Of a stretch of DNA of 64,000 nucleotides, positions 1 through 17,858 are shown one piece after another. Made by a program: the position numbers and the translations under genes. The stretch is taken from contig OZ024743.1 in assembly GCA_964016885.1 (NCBI GenBank), positions 170,066,001 through 170,130,000 of the forward strand, read 5' to 3'. The notes under the pieces are model-generated. The model was given only the letters and a program-made list of their open reading frames with translations, searched no databases and was not told where the DNA came from. The DNA comes from Eledone cirrhosa. Its lineage: Eukaryota. Within the stretch, counting starts at the first letter, position 1. Each line of letters starts with the position of its first letter.

Positions 1-1985
1 AATGAGAGGGCAAGGAAAGAGAACAGGGCCATAGAAAACATTAAAACAAACCCTATGGCCTTCTTTAAATTTGCAAAAGAAACTGCCTCAGTACACTGCA
101 AGATTGGACCACTCTTCCACACGGACGGTTCATTAACCGAAAATCCCCAAGAGATATGTGAAATACTGAACGAACAGTACAAAAGTGTCTTCACATGTCC
201 ACTGAGGCACATGCAAATAACGAAGCCAGAGGAGTTCTTTGATGCCACAACACTACATCAAGAAATGGCAACCATCAACCACATAGACATAACGGAGGAG
301 GATGTGGTGTACGCCATTGATGAAATTAGAACAGACTCGGCTGCTGGACCTGATGGATTCCCAGCAGTTCTCCTAAAAATATGTAAGCGGGCCTTAGCAA
401 CTCCACTGAAGATGCTCTTCAGAAGCTCCTTGGCTAGCGGTGTACTACCCAGGGAGCTGAAAGAAGGCACAATATGCCCTGTCCATAAAGGAGGTAGTAG
501 AGCGGAGGCCAAGAACTATAGGCCAGTCTCCCTGACGTCGCATGTCAGTAAGGTCATGGAGCGAGTCGTCAGAAAGAAACTAATCACTTTCCTCGAAGAA
601 AATGACCGCCTGACTAGCACGCAACATGGCTTCCGCCCAGGAAGAAGCTGCCTTACACAGCTGCTACATCACTACGACTGGGTACTGAGACAACTACTAG
701 ACAGCTCACATGTAGACGTGATATATCTTGACTTTGCGAAGGCCTTTGACAAGGTCGACCACGGAATGATATGTCACAAACTACACGGACTCGGCATAAC
801 TGGAAAAGTAGGTGAGTGGCTGCATGGCTTCCTAAGGGACAGAAGCCAGGCAGTCGCAGCAAATGGGGCCCTCTCGAGGGAAACACCGATAACAAGTGGG
901 GTGCCTCAGGGGACAGTCCTGGGACCACTACTGTTTTTGGTGGCTCTCTCGGACGTGCCCTCTGTGGTACATGCAACAATATCCCTCACTAGCTATGCTG
1001 ATGACACTAAGGTAGCACAGGCAATCAAAAACCCGGCTGACGCTGCCCTCTTACAGCAGGATCTGGATGCCATATACAGATGGGCGGAAGAAAACAACAT
1101 GCAGTTTAATGCTGGCAAATTCCAAGCCCTACAATACAAACCTGCAAACACAAACACAAATATAGCGGAACACAGCTACACAGGACCAGGAGGGACCGAT
1201 ATCCCCGTGTCAAAATCGATACGAGACCTGGGCATAGACATGAGCGATGATGCATCTTTTTCTTCACACATCATGAAGGTGGCGACAGCATGTAGACGAT
1301 TCGCTGGCTGGATCTTGAGGACTTTCTTTACAAGAGATCGAGACACCATGTTGACACTGTGGAGGACTTTTGTCCTAAGCCGCCTGGACTACTGCTCCCA
1401 GCTGTGGTCACCCCATAGTGTCAAACTAACCACAGAGCTTGAGGCAATCCAGCGAAGCTACACCAAGAAGATTGCCAAGATGAGGGAGACAAGCTACTGG
1501 GAGAGGCTAAAGGAACTGAACCTCTACTCCTTGGAGCGAAGACGGGAGAGATACGCAGTGATCTACATGTGGAAAATCCTGGAGGGACTAGCACCAAACT
1601 TTGGCATTGGGAGCTGGACCAACCGTCGAACAGGACGTCACTGTGTGGTGCCAAAGGTCCCGTCTTCCACATCTAGAATAAGGAGCAGGTATTGCAATAG
1701 CCTGGGATTCAAGGGCCCTCAACTCTTCAACAGGCTGCCGAGGCATCTGCGAGACTTGCATGACGTGGAGGTGGATGTCTTTAAGAAACATCTCGACACC
1801 TTGTTATCCAGGATCCCGGATGAGCCCACAGCAAGACACGAGGGAAACCTAAGGGCAGCAGCAACAAACTCCCTCCTACACCAGTGGCCAACCTATACAG
1901 GCTGGAGATAAAATGTGTAGCAACAAGGGCGGTGCCCCAGCATGGCCCCAGCCGGATGGCTGAAACAGGTAAAAGAGTAAAAGAG
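1..1985 (+). mobile_element. CR1-group non-LTR retrotransposon, family A, copy 1 (5' end outside window)
   Basis: Open ORF2 reading frame to 1911 with RT motifs [46 protein letters not shown]. Short 3' UTR ends in the tandem tail GTAAAAGA-GTAAAAGA, then (TA)n. Confidence 0.93.
55..1911 (+). CDS. LINE ORF2 reverse transcriptase plus C-terminal domain (partial; frame is open from position 1)
   Basis: 618-aa ORF with complete RT motifs and the C-terminal LYSLERRRERY...IPDEP...TNSL signature. Confidence 0.9.
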   Translation: MAFFKFAKETASVHCKIGPLFHTDGSLTENPQEICEILNEQYKSVFTCPLRHMQITKPEEFFDATTLHQEMATINHIDITEEDVVYAIDEIRTDSAAGPDGFPAVLLKICKRALATPLKMLFRSSLASGVLPRELKEGTICPVHKGGSRAEAKNYRPVSLTSHVSKVMERVVRKKLITFLEENDRLTSTQHGFRPGRSCLTQLLHHYDWVLRQLLDSSHVDVIYLDFAKAFDKVDHGMICHKLHGLGITGKVGEWLHGFLRDRSQAVAANGALSRETPITSGVPQGTVLGPLLFLVALSDVPSVVHATISLTSYADDTKVAQAIKNPADAALLQQDLDAIYRWAEENNMQFNAGKFQALQYKPANTNTNIAEHSYTGPGGTDIPVSKSIRDLGIDMSDDASFSSHIMKVATACRRFAGWILRTFFTRDRDTMLTLWRTFVLSRLDYCSQLWSPHSVKLTTELEAIQRSYTKKIAKMRETSYWERLKELNLYSLERRRERYAVIYMWKILEGLAPNFGIGSWTNRRTGRHCVVPKVPSSTSRIRSRYCNSLGFKGPQLFNRLPRHLRDLHDVEVDVFKKHLDTLLSRIPDEPTARHEGNLRAAATNSLLHQWPTYTGWR

Positions 1986-2006
1986 TATATATATAATATA
2001 TATATA

Positions 2007-2062
<56 letters not shown>

Positions 2063-2249
2063 TATATATATATATATATATATATATTTAATATATATAT
2101 ATATATATACTATATATATATATATATAATATATAATATATATATATATATATACTATATATATATATATATAATATTTAATATATATATATATATATAT
2201 AATATATAATATATATATATATATAATATATAATATATAATATATATAT

Positions 2250-2297
<48 letters not shown>

Positions 2298-2355
2298 ATA
2301 TATATATATATATAATATATATATATAATATATAATATATATATAATATATATAT

Positions 2356-2399
<44 letters not shown>

Positions 2400-2402
2400 T
2401 AT

Positions 2403-2458
<56 letters not shown>

Positions 2459-2518
2459 ATATATATATATATATATAATATATATATATAATATATAATA
2501 TATATATAATATATATAT

Positions 2519-2616
<98 letters not shown>
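1986..2616. repeat. (TA)n microsatellite with TAATA interruptions
   Basis: Direct reading of the sequence. Confidence 0.97.
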
Positions 2617-2617
<1 letters not shown>

Positions 2618-2952
2618 GCTGAGGATGGCTCTGAACATTAATCAGTATACACTGAGGATGAAAAAACTCAGAGCTGTATGGGAGCATCCCAAAAGTCAGC
2701 TCAAAAGTGACACAGAGGAGACTGAGGTTGGCTGGACATGCTCACCGACATCCAGAGTTGACATTGCACTCAGTGCTCCTTTGGGAGCCCCTATATGGAC
2801 ACACTAGAAGAGGAAGACCAAGGTTAACATATGTTGATGCCCTAAGGACAGACACTGGTCTGTTGGAGGAGCAGGATATGGCAGCGATAATGAGGGACAC
2901 AGACCGCTGGAGAGAACTCGTCCATGGATCTCGGGAATTTTACCCGCCTTAG
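2617..2952 (+). mobile_element. 5'-truncated 3' end of an RTE/RTEX-like LINE
   Basis: RRLRLAGHAHRH...LLWEP..G...RGRPRLTYVD is a typical RTE-group C-terminus. The stop codon TAG abuts (TA)n directly. Confidence 0.75.
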
Positions 2953-3020
<68 letters not shown>

Positions 3021-3025
3021 GTATA

Positions 3026-6720
<3,695 letters not shown>

Positions 6721-6879
6721 TATATATATATATATATATATATACATATATATATAAATGTAAGTATGCATGTATACGTACATACATATATGTATACAGA
6801 CGTACAGTAGCATGCACACATATATATATATATACATATATATATACATATGCATACAGGTACACATACATATATGCAC

Positions 6880-7240
6880 GTATCAGTTTAGCGGCGCTTA
6901 TTATAACGTCGCTTTGTTCGTTTGTAAACAAACTGAACAGCCTGAATTTATGCCATACGGTGTTAAGGCAACCACGTCACCTTTTTGTTCAACACTGACA
7001 CAGGAACGATGTACTAGTTTCAAGCTTGTTCGCTATGATCAGCACCGTTTACCCATCTGCCAGATAGTTGAACGTTCGAAAGTATATACTTTCCTTATGA
7101 AAATTAACGGCTGAGCAGCCTAATTTGCATATTGAGTGAGTTAAATCGGACAGGCATACCGAAAACGATAAATTGAAACAAAATGAAAACGAATTCAGGC
7201 ATAAATTCAGGCTGTTCAGTTTGTTTACAAACGAACAAAG
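6880..7240. other. Unassigned fragment with a perfect 43-bp inverted repeat
   Basis: 6912-6954 CTTTGTTCGTTTGTAAACAAACTGAACAGCCTGAATTTATGCC is the reverse complement of 7198-7240. Confidence 0.7.
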
Positions 7241-7448
7241 ATGCTGAATGGTAGTGAGACATGGGCAGCAACAGCAGAGGATATGCGACGGCTGGAGAGA
7301 AATGAAGCAAGCATGTTCCGTTGGATGTGCAATGTCAATGTGCGTGTATGACCAAGCATACATGAGTTGAGAAAGAAACTGTGTATAAGAGGGATAAGTT
7401 GTGGTGTGCAGGAGAGAAGGCTGAGATGATATGGACATGTGCTGCGCA
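7241..7448 (+). mobile_element. Internal fragment of RTE family 1
   Basis: Encodes [28 protein letters not shown] and matches 59753-59960. Confidence 0.85.
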
Positions 7449-8514
<1,066 letters not shown>

Positions 8515-8515
8515 A

Positions 8516-11316
8516 CGTGGAAAAGTAAGAAATCGGAGAACAGACCATTTATACATGTTTATTTAAAACAGCACCTACATACGTTTTGCCCAGTTGGGCT
8601 TCTCAAGGACATAAATAACCAAAAGTGCTCCTTACATTGCCCGGAAAGTGTTTTGGGGGTTAAGTTCACGTCAAAGTTCATTCTTCGCAAAAATGCGTGT
8701 TTTGATTTTGCAGTAGGTCAAGGGAAGTAACTCTGGCCGGTGTTAGGGCAGTCTTTCCTGGACAAATTTTTTATCCGTTACAAGATGTGGTTAAAAACCT
8801 TACCATTGTCGATACGCACAGGGTCATGTAATCAACGCTTATTTTGAGATGTTTATTTGCTGCACCTGCCCGCCTGGGTCATTTGAAGCTGGGTCTGGGA
8901 TGCATGGTTAGTTTCCTGGATATTTTTTTTGCAGCGCCTGCCTGCCGGGGTGTTAAAGCTTGTTGTAGGGTGACCCGGTACACGGTTTCACTCCTCATCC
9001 TTATCCCATCTGAAGAAGGATATTTTTAAGCCATGTGTACAGCTCATCAGCGTTTCAGCTCTGCTATTGATGAGCTCGTGGGGTGCAGTTATGATGTGGT
9101 AGAGCTCCATGAGGCAAAGATCGCACTTCCTCTTGAAGTTGTATGGTGCAGCCCTGCCAACAATATCCCAGTGAGTGTTTAAGTCTTTTAATGATGTAAT
9201 GTAGTCCGCGAGTGAAGTGGAGTGTCTTAATTTCTTATTTGTGAAAGAGTAGAGATGTGTTCAAAATCTAATTTTGAACGGGCCAGAGGTAGCCCCTATA
9301 TAATGTTTAACGCTATTGTGGCTAGTTACAGTGCACCTATATATAACCTTATCAGTCAAGCAGTATCCTCTAAGGGGCAGCGTCCCCTGTCGCGGCAGTT
9401 GCAATTTCTGTCGCGGTTCCTTCTAATTGTCACGGTAAGGCTATCATTATTGCTATCTACATTGTTATCTACGCTCCCGCAGCTGTCATTAGCACCATTA
9501 TAACTCACAGTGCGTGGGGTGGTACGATTATTATTCCGCACGTCATGTCCTGCATGTTCCCCAGTCATATCGCAGTTATGGTGGTTGCGTTTGTAGAGGC
9601 TGTTGCCAGCACTATTGGATGCTGCTAAGGAGTCGTTAAGGCTGATATAGTTATTGTCAGGTGTAGGTGCGTCTGTGCTAAGGTGCTGTGTCTTGGTGAT
9701 CTTACTGTGGTTCGTTGTTCCTATGATGTCTGCTAGGTTAGGAGTAGTAGAGAAGGATATTTTTATATTGTTCCTATTAAGGATTTTTCTATACCTATGG
9801 TTGGGTGGGAAATTCTTCTCTAAGGCTTCGGAGAATATTCGGGGTATGTTGGAGGCCACACTCCGAGAGTAGGGGGTGGAACCATAGGACGTTACGGTGG
9901 CGATTACGTGTCCTTGTACGTTTGCTACGGGTGGTTCCATCAAGGTGACCGTTCTTATGCATGTTAATGTGCTGTAGCCCGTTACGTGCCCCTTTCACTT
10001 TATGCTCGGGTGCACTCTTCCTCCTTCTGCTATGTTTATGTACAGGAAGATGTTGGTAGTAGGCCGTTGCCTTTGTTAATTTTATAGTAGGGGAATAATT
10101 CGAGTAGGCTACAGTGGTCACTGTCACCGGGGTCGTGATATTTATTGTGTAGTAAGTTACCTATACTATCGCCAGTGTAATTAACGTTGCGGCTGTGTTC
10201 CTTAGTGCGATTATCTATACTATTACATCCGACTCTTACGAAGTCGCCACGTGATCGGTTATAGGTATGGCTTACTATAACGTTCGTCTTATGAGGAGGG
10301 TGGTTTCTGGAGCTAGCGTTAGGGATGTAGGAAATTCCTCGGTTAAAGCCGGCGCTTAACAAGACCCTATTGTAGTAATCTGCCACTTTGTTGAGGATAT
10401 CCTCATTGGCGGAGAGACTCGAGATTCTATGTGAGATGCTATAGACTATGGAGTTGAGAGTCTGCTTAGGGTGGTTGGAGGCATAATTAATATAACAAAG
10501 GCACTCTCCAGGCTTATGGTATGGCTTGTATAGGCCCGTACTCAACTCCAGGGTCACGTCCAGGAAGTTGACAACCTGGTGGTTGAGGTCTATAGTTACG
10601 GATAGGCCGTATGACTTGAAGAACCTGTGTATATGCTTGTTAAGGTTCTCTATCCTACGAGGGCTATGGTTCCTAATGGTAAACAGGGCGTCGTCCCTAT
10701 ATACACTCCCTTGTCGGGTCGGTATCTCGTCCCTAAGCTCATGGAGGAGGTATATTCCGACCAGGTCAGTTGCTTGCGCTGAGTCGCTGGACCCCATCGT
10801 GATATCGAAGTTATCAGGATGGTTTTTTCTGGTCCAGTGGGAGCCTTCCAACTGGATAATGGTTCTACGCGCCGCTAGAACTATGTCTATTTCTTTTTTA
10901 GTGAGGCTAGTGTTAGATTTAGCTAATATGAGTGCCTTATTTAAGAGTATGGGGGAGATAGAGGCATAGTAACTATCTATGTCAAACTGGTTGAACTTCA
11001 GCGTCGCTTTATCGGGCAACTCGGTGAATGAAGAGGCAGACCTTAGCCTTTCTATTAAGCTCCAGTAGTACTGTCGAGGATCACTTTACTAATCTTACCT
11101 ATATCAGATGTAGAGGGACATATTAGTCTAATAGAGGGGCTTTCATTAAAGTTACATTTGTGATCCTTAAGAGAGAATCTAGACGTCAGAGGTATGTACG
11201 GGTTAGTGTACTTTTCTATTTCTAAGGTGGTAACTATATCCTTCCCTACTCTATTTAGGGTACTAAAGAGTCTCTTAAGGATCACAAATGTAACTTTAAT
11301 GAAAGCCCCTCTGTTA
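8516..11316 (-). mobile_element. Penelope-like element PLE-2 (Naiad-like), 5'-truncated and decayed
   Basis: SLKDHK..IRLICPSTSDIGKISK, QFDIDSYY, FDITMGS, VYRDDAL, VNFLDVTL, CNC....CPL..C, and GIY-YIG VIYRC..HYIGAT, CDLCLME. ORF ends near 8988. Confidence 0.88.
8571..8612 (-). ncRNA. Degenerate minimal hammerhead (UUGANAA variant) in the PLE-2 3' end
   Basis: CC TTGAGAA GCCCA AC TGGGC AAAA CGTATG TA GG. G12 is lost and stem I is weak. Confidence 0.4.
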
Positions 11317-11341
11317 TATATATATTTATTTATATATGCTA

Positions 11342-13378
11342 ATCTGATTCTCCTAGGTACCGAAAGCTATCCACCACTTCTATAACGCCTTCCTGCATTT
11401 GAAAAATGTGTCTATCAATGCGACTTCTACTGTCTAATTTCCCTGTACATCTACTGCATACATATTTCTCCCTACCTGTTAGTTTGCCTGCTATCCCGCT
11501 ACATCTCTTGTGTACCCAGGATCTGCATTGTGTGCATTTTATAGAATTTATGCCAGTTCCTTTTCTGCATATCGAACATGGCCATTTCCCTGACGGAATC
11601 AGAGTTTTGTCCTCTTTTCTACTCATCAACACTTTTGTCTTAGCTAGGTTCACTCTCAGTCCTCTTGCTTCCAACTGCTGTTTCCATAGCCAGAATTTAT
11701 TCTCTAGCTCCTCTACTGATTCTGCTATAAGAACCAGATCGTCAGCATAGAGAAGTTCCCATGGACAGCCAGTCTTAAACTCCTCTGTTATGGCTTGGAG
11801 GACTATAATGAACAAGAGCGGGCTGAGGACCGAACCTTGATGTACTCCTACTTGTATCTGGAATTCCTCACTAAACTCCATTCCTACCCTGACTTTACTG
11901 AGAGTACCTCTGTACAAAGTTTGCACTGTCCTCACAAGCCATTCCTCAACACCTAGCTTCCTTAGGGACCACCAGATGACAGATCGGGGTACCCTATCAA
12001 AGGCCTTCTCTAGGTCAACAAAGGCTAAGTATAGTGGCTTATTTTTCTCTAAGAACCTCTCTTGCAATTGTCTCACCAAGAAGAGGGCATCTGTTGTACT
12101 CTTCCCAGGCACAAAACCAAACTGCATCTCATCTAGTTTGACCCTTTCTCTAATTAGTTGTGCTAATATCCTTTCTGCCACTTTCATAACTTGATCTATC
12201 AGTTTTATACCCCTATAATTGCTTCTCTCCAGAGCATCCCCTTTACCTTTGTAGCAATTTATGAGAATACTGCTGCACCAGTCTTTGGGTATGACAACCA
12301 CCATATATAGCCTGATTGATGATGCGTGCAACCAGTTTAGTGCGTACGTCCCCTGATGCCTTCAGCATCTCAGCAACTATTCCCGATGGTCCAGCAGCCT
12401 TACCATTTTTCATTTCCCTAATCGCCTCTTGGACCCTATATTCGTCAATCTCAATAGCTGGTCCCTCTGTCGGATCTACTAAGGGTAATTTCTCTCTCTC
12501 CCATTCGTTCTCCACATTCATCAGTCTCTCATAATGACATTTCCAGGCCTCCTTTTTTCTGATCATTCGTGACACTAAGTACACCGGCATCATCCCGGAC
12601 ACATTTATCTCCAACAACATCCCGATTTGCATTGACACACTGCCTTGCAATGTGGAACACCACACGCCATTTATCTTCCATCGCAGAACATTGGCAAACC
12701 TCCTACATTCAGCCTCCCTGCGTGCTAAGTACACCTGACGTCTAGCTTCTGTCTTAGTGGCTGTACATTCTTCCCTACTCCCACCCTTTTTCCAAGCCTT
12801 CCATGCTAGTCTCTAATGGCCTTATCTACTGTGCTGTTCCACCACCAGGTCACTCTCTGTCAGGTTGGAGCCTGCAGCAAGTTGTCACGTAAGAAATTCC
12901 AGTTATTATCTATGTCATACGTCTCTAAATCGTCTTCTTTTTCGTCATATACATCTTGAAGGGCTTTCCTAAATTTGTATTTTCGTGAAAGGTCTGTTAG
13001 CTTCCAGACCTTTCTTCTCCATACCTTCCTATATGTCTCATTCCATCTCTTGCTTACTGAGGTATCACTAACGACTAACCTATGCTGTGGGGTACATTCT
13101 TCCCCAGGGTATGCCTTGGTATTAGACACTATCTGCCTGTCCCGCTGCCTAACTAGTAAGAAGTCAATCTGGCTTATGTGCTCACCAGATTTGTAGGTTA
13201 TTAGGTGATTGGCAGGTTTCTGGAAGTTTGTGTTGCAAATAGTCAATGTACCTGCATCACAAAATTCAAGAAGTCTCACTCCTTCTTCATTTATTGAGCC
13301 GTAACCGTGCCCACCATGTACCCCAGTGTAACCATCCTGGAGCTATCCAACATGACCATTGAAGTCTCCTGCTAGCAT
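11342..13378 (-). mobile_element. RTE-clade LINE family 1 (APE endonuclease part, RT, PHD-like finger), frameshifted and truncated at both ends
   Basis: AGDFNGHVG, SQIDFLL, QHRLVV; NYRGIKL, QFGFVPGKST, FVDLEKAFDRVPR, GVHQGSVLSP, LLYADD; near-identical to 58521-59600. Confidence 0.92.
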
Positions 13379-13452
13379 AATATATATATTTATATATTTA
13401 TATATATATATTTATATTTATATATATTTATATATATATATATATATATACA

Positions 13453-16400
13453 TCTTGGAACATAACTTAACAACCGGCTCAAACCCGATCTAATCCGCCG
13501 TGACCTTTCTCCGAACTTTACACACCTTCCCACACTTGGTCTTTCCTTCCACGCATTACCTCTGTTTGATTTTGTTACCGTACATTTTTTTCCCGTATAA
13601 GATTCGTTGCCTCTGTTCTTACAATTGTATTTCTATGATTTTTTGTTCACGGTTGCCTGTGTTTTTACCTTTATGATTTTTTGTCTTTAATTTTCCTGTG
13701 TTTACTCCCCCTCCCTACGTTTTTCTGTTTCATTTTCCCTTCCCCGTCTCTGCCTATCCTTTGCACTCACCCCTTCGTTCACTCCACCCCGCTTCACACC
13801 CCTGCCCTCTCATCCCTCCCCCTGCTTTCACCCAACGCCCATCATGCCCAACCTGAGATCCTTTTTCCACCAACTACACAATCGCCTCAAACTTTTCCTC
13901 ACCCCCCTCCTCCCACCCTGCTATCTCCCCTCCGCCCTTCAACTCTCCTACCTTCTCTTCGCCAAAACCCGGCACTCCAGCCACATCCATTTCCTCAGCC
14001 ACTGCCTCCGCCTCCACCTTATCCCCCTCGGCTTCCGTCTACACTTCCACCCCTCCCCCGCCGCTTCCCCCTCCACGCAACGTATCCTCACCCGATCCTC
14101 ACGCCTCCTGATGCGCAACTCCATCCGCGCCTCCCGTTCCACCCTCCGCCTTTACTCCACCTGCCACCCCCTCCTCGCCCAAGCCATCCTCTCCTTCATC
14201 CACAACCTCAACCACAACCTCTTCTCGTACCTCAGCTCCACCAAAGCCCGCAAGCTACACCCCCCCCCCCCCCCCCCCCCCCACCACCACCACCCGCCCA
14301 ACCCCATACGCCCACCACTCTCCACCTCTCCCTCGACCCACCCCCCTACCCAATCTCCACCCTCCACCTCACCCCTCACCCCCAAAAAAACACACAAACC
14401 CCACCCCTTGTTGTCACCATGCCCCCTGACCTCCCCCTCTCCGCACCTGAGCGCTCACTCCTTAGTAGAGGCCTTCGCTTCATACCCCACACTCCGCACA
14501 GCGATGAGTTCCGCACCCGAACGGAAGTCGAGCGATTCGTGCGACGCACTAAGCTACAGGCACATTTCGGCTGAACGCCACCGGCTCCGGACGCCCCAGA
14601 CCCGTTTCTCGCCCTGGGCCGACGACCATCTTCTTGGACGCCGGCCCCAGGGCAATTTAGCACCCTGGACGCCTTCGTCGATGCCAGCCGTAGCGCAGTA
14701 AATCGTTTCGACTTCCGCCACCGTTCCAAACGGCACAATATCTCACGGGGCGAACTCCTCGCTCTCCGCTCCATCCGTAGCCGAGATGACATCGTCATCA
14801 AACCGGCGGACAAGGGAGGCGCCGTAGTGGTATGGCGCGCGGACCTCTACACGGCCGAAGCCCTCAGGCAGCTCTGTAACCCCCTCTTTTACCGCCCTCT
14901 ACCCTCCGATCCCACCCCCCTCTACCAACAACAAGTCTCCTCCACCATCCAAGACCTTATCGCCCCCCCACCCCCACCGCTTCCCACCTCATCGTCCGCA
15001 CCCCCACCATCTACTTCCTCCCCAAACTCCACAAACCCGACAACCCCGGCCGCCCCATCGTCTCGGCTTGCAACTGCCCCACCGAACTCATCTCCGCCTT
15101 TCTCGACTCCCTCCTCGCCCCCCTTGTCACCACCCTCCCCTCCCACATCTCCGACACCAACCACGCCCTGCGCCTTTTCGACTCCTTCACCTACCTACCC
15201 GGCCCACAGCCCTTCCTCTTCACCCTAGACATCAAGTCCCTCTATACAGTCATCCCCCACGCCGACGGCCTTCGCGCCCTCAAACACTACCTCGACCTTC
15301 GCCCCTCCCCCATTCCCTCCACCCCACCCTCCTTCGCCTCGCCGAGCTAGTCCTCACCCTAAATTTTTTCTCCTTCTCGGGTGAGTTTTACCAACAGGTC
15401 ACGGGGGTAGCCATGGGCACAAGAATGGGCCCGAACTATGCCAACCTTTTTGTTGGCCATGTTGAGGCCCAAATCTTTGCCCAGTACGACTTATGTCGGA
15501 CAGACGGGATGTCGCCTGGCGGACCGAGTCACGGAGCACCTCCGGGATATTCGTCTCGGGGGCAGTTCCCCCATCGCCCGCCACTTTGGTGGCCCTGGAC
15601 ACTCCGCACGCCATCTCACAGTCTGTGGCCTACTCCAGTGCCACGGAACACCCACCCATCGCCTTACGGTCGAACAACGAACTATCTTCATCTTACAGAC
15701 CCACACTCCCCCCGGCCTGAACTCCCCACCCTTATTCCTTTGGCGTTCGACTGCCCCCCTCCTCCCACACTTATCCCCCACTAACACCACTAACACACCC
15801 CTCCTTTTCACCTCCCACCCCACACTAACAATACTAACACCTCCACTCCACCCCTCATCTGACCACCCTTCTGCAACTAACATACTAACATCCCTTCCCT
15901 CCCCTCTTCTCCTCCTCCCCTCTCCTTATCACACGCACACACCCACCGGCACATATATACACGCTCACACTAAACACACACCCTACTACCACCACTAACC
16001 CTCACTCCCACACCTCCATCCCACCACCCCGCAACTAACCTCACTAACACCCCCTAACCCAAGCACACGAACACACGCACCCACTTACACCACCCACCCC
16101 ACACGCAACTAACATCACTAACACCCCCCAACTCCACGCACACGTACCCACACACCTTCGTACACCATCAACTCTACACACCCTACCACCACTAACCCCC
16201 ACTCACACCTGCATTCAACCCCTCCCCACCTCCCGTATACTAACACCTCTTCATCAAACTACACACACACCAGTACACCACACTCCCTCCATAGAACCAC
16301 ACACACCCTTCTCTCCCCGCTCCACACTCACTCATCCCACTAACACCCCTACTAATACACACACACACCCTCCTCACTCCAACTTTCACACCTACCCATC

Positions 16401-17302
16401 CTCGCCCCCTTACCATTCCACCGACTGCTGCTATGCCCTCTGACCACCTCCCAGCACCAACAGACCACAGCACTCCCACTGCTGACCACTTCCTGTTGCG
16501 CGCGCACCCCACATCTCTCCTCTTACGACCACCGCTTCATGGATTACCCACACGCAGAAATTGACTTACAACCAATCCACTAAACATCCTTGGAACTTAC
16601 CAACTTTTCAACCATCCTCTTACGTAATCACCTATATAACTCACCCACACACACACCCCAAACAATTTTTTTTCTCCACACGCCACCCACACCCACAACA
16701 CGCTTAAACCCCACACAAGTGCTTCCCGCCACATATTTACACCCTCAGCCTCCTGATTCCTCTCCCCCCACCCCCCTATCCACAGACGCACAGACACTCC
16801 GACCCACAAAAACACCCCCCCCACACACACCTCTTCCTGAACATGCAACCCCGTTCTTCCCCCAACCCTTACTTCCACACACACCACCTTCAGCCCTCCC
16901 CGCTCGGACACCCCGTCTCCCTCTCCCCACTCCACCCGCCACCACCCCTACTCACCCTACACCCTTCCACCACATGTTTACCCCCCTTTTAATTTCAGTT
17001 TATTTTGATCATGCCTTTATTTTTAAATTTTCTCATTCCTTCTATTTTAATCATGCTTTATTTTTATTTTTTTATCTTTATTTGTTATTTTTTCATTCGC
17101 ATCGTTTCCTTTCGCTATATGTCTCTGCGCCACTCCCCTACCCACCTTTTGAACTCTGTTCCCACACACTTCTCACCTGAGGAATGGCTTATGCCCGAAA
17201 CGTCCCCCCCCCCTACCCCCCCCCCCCCACTCTCCTGAGCGTGAAATTAATAAACATTTTTTGTACTGCCTCTCTGTTTTGTCCCTGTTCAAATTTTTCC
17301 AT
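13453..17302 (+). mobile_element. Penelope-like element PLE-3 (Neptune/Poseidon-type), C-rich and internally deleted
   Basis: LSRGLRFIP, IVIKPADKGGAVVVW, YFLPKLHK..PGRPIVSAC, FTLDIKSLY, GVAMGTRMGPNYANLF, fused directly to GIY-YIG YVGQTGCRLADR.TEH..PPGLN. Long C-rich 3' UTR, a hammerhead core and AATAAA near the end. Confidence 0.88.
17174..17205 (+). ncRNA. Minimal hammerhead core of PLE-3
   Basis: CTGAGGA ATGGC TTAT GCCC GAAA CG TC. The 3' strand of stem I is replaced by poly-C. Confidence 0.6.
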
Positions 17303-17333
<31 letters not shown>

Positions 17334-17334
17334 T

Positions 17335-17465
<131 letters not shown>

Positions 17466-17566
17466 GTATATATATATATATATATATATTTATGTATATA
17501 TATATATTTATGTATATATATATATATATATATATTTATGTATATATATATATTTATGTATATATA

Positions 17567-17696
17567 TTTCGTTTCTGAATTTGTTTAGCAAGATTCTTTA
17601 TCTGAAATCGTGTGTTGAAACCGATATTGTTATACTTTGGGAGGGCCATGTTGCCAACATTATTGGCAACATGGCCCTCCCAAAGTATAACAATAT
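17567..17696 (-). mobile_element. PLE-4 3'-terminal fragment with a fold-back hairpin
   Basis: Reverse complement of the PLE-4 end, followed by the hairpin ATATTGTTATACTTTGGGAGGGCCATGTTGCCAA-CATTA-TTGGCAACATGGCCCTCCCAAAGTATAACAATAT. Confidence 0.82.
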
Positions 17697-17858
17697 GTAT
17701 ATATATATATTTATATATATATTTATGTATATATATATATATTTATATATATATTTATGTATATATATATATATTTATATATATATATTTATATATATTT
17801 ATATTTATATATATATCTATATATATATCTATATATATATATATATATTTATATATAT

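Noticed and set aside
9261-9263. In-frame TGA in the PLE-2 GIY-YIG domain (FKIRF*TH) as selenocysteine
   Set aside because: Not a conserved Cys position; best explained as a nonsense mutation (e.g. CGA to TGA) in a decayed copy.
13681-17180. Proline-rich ORFs resembling extensin or mucin
   Set aside because: Alternative frames of the C-rich PLE-3 and its 3' UTR.
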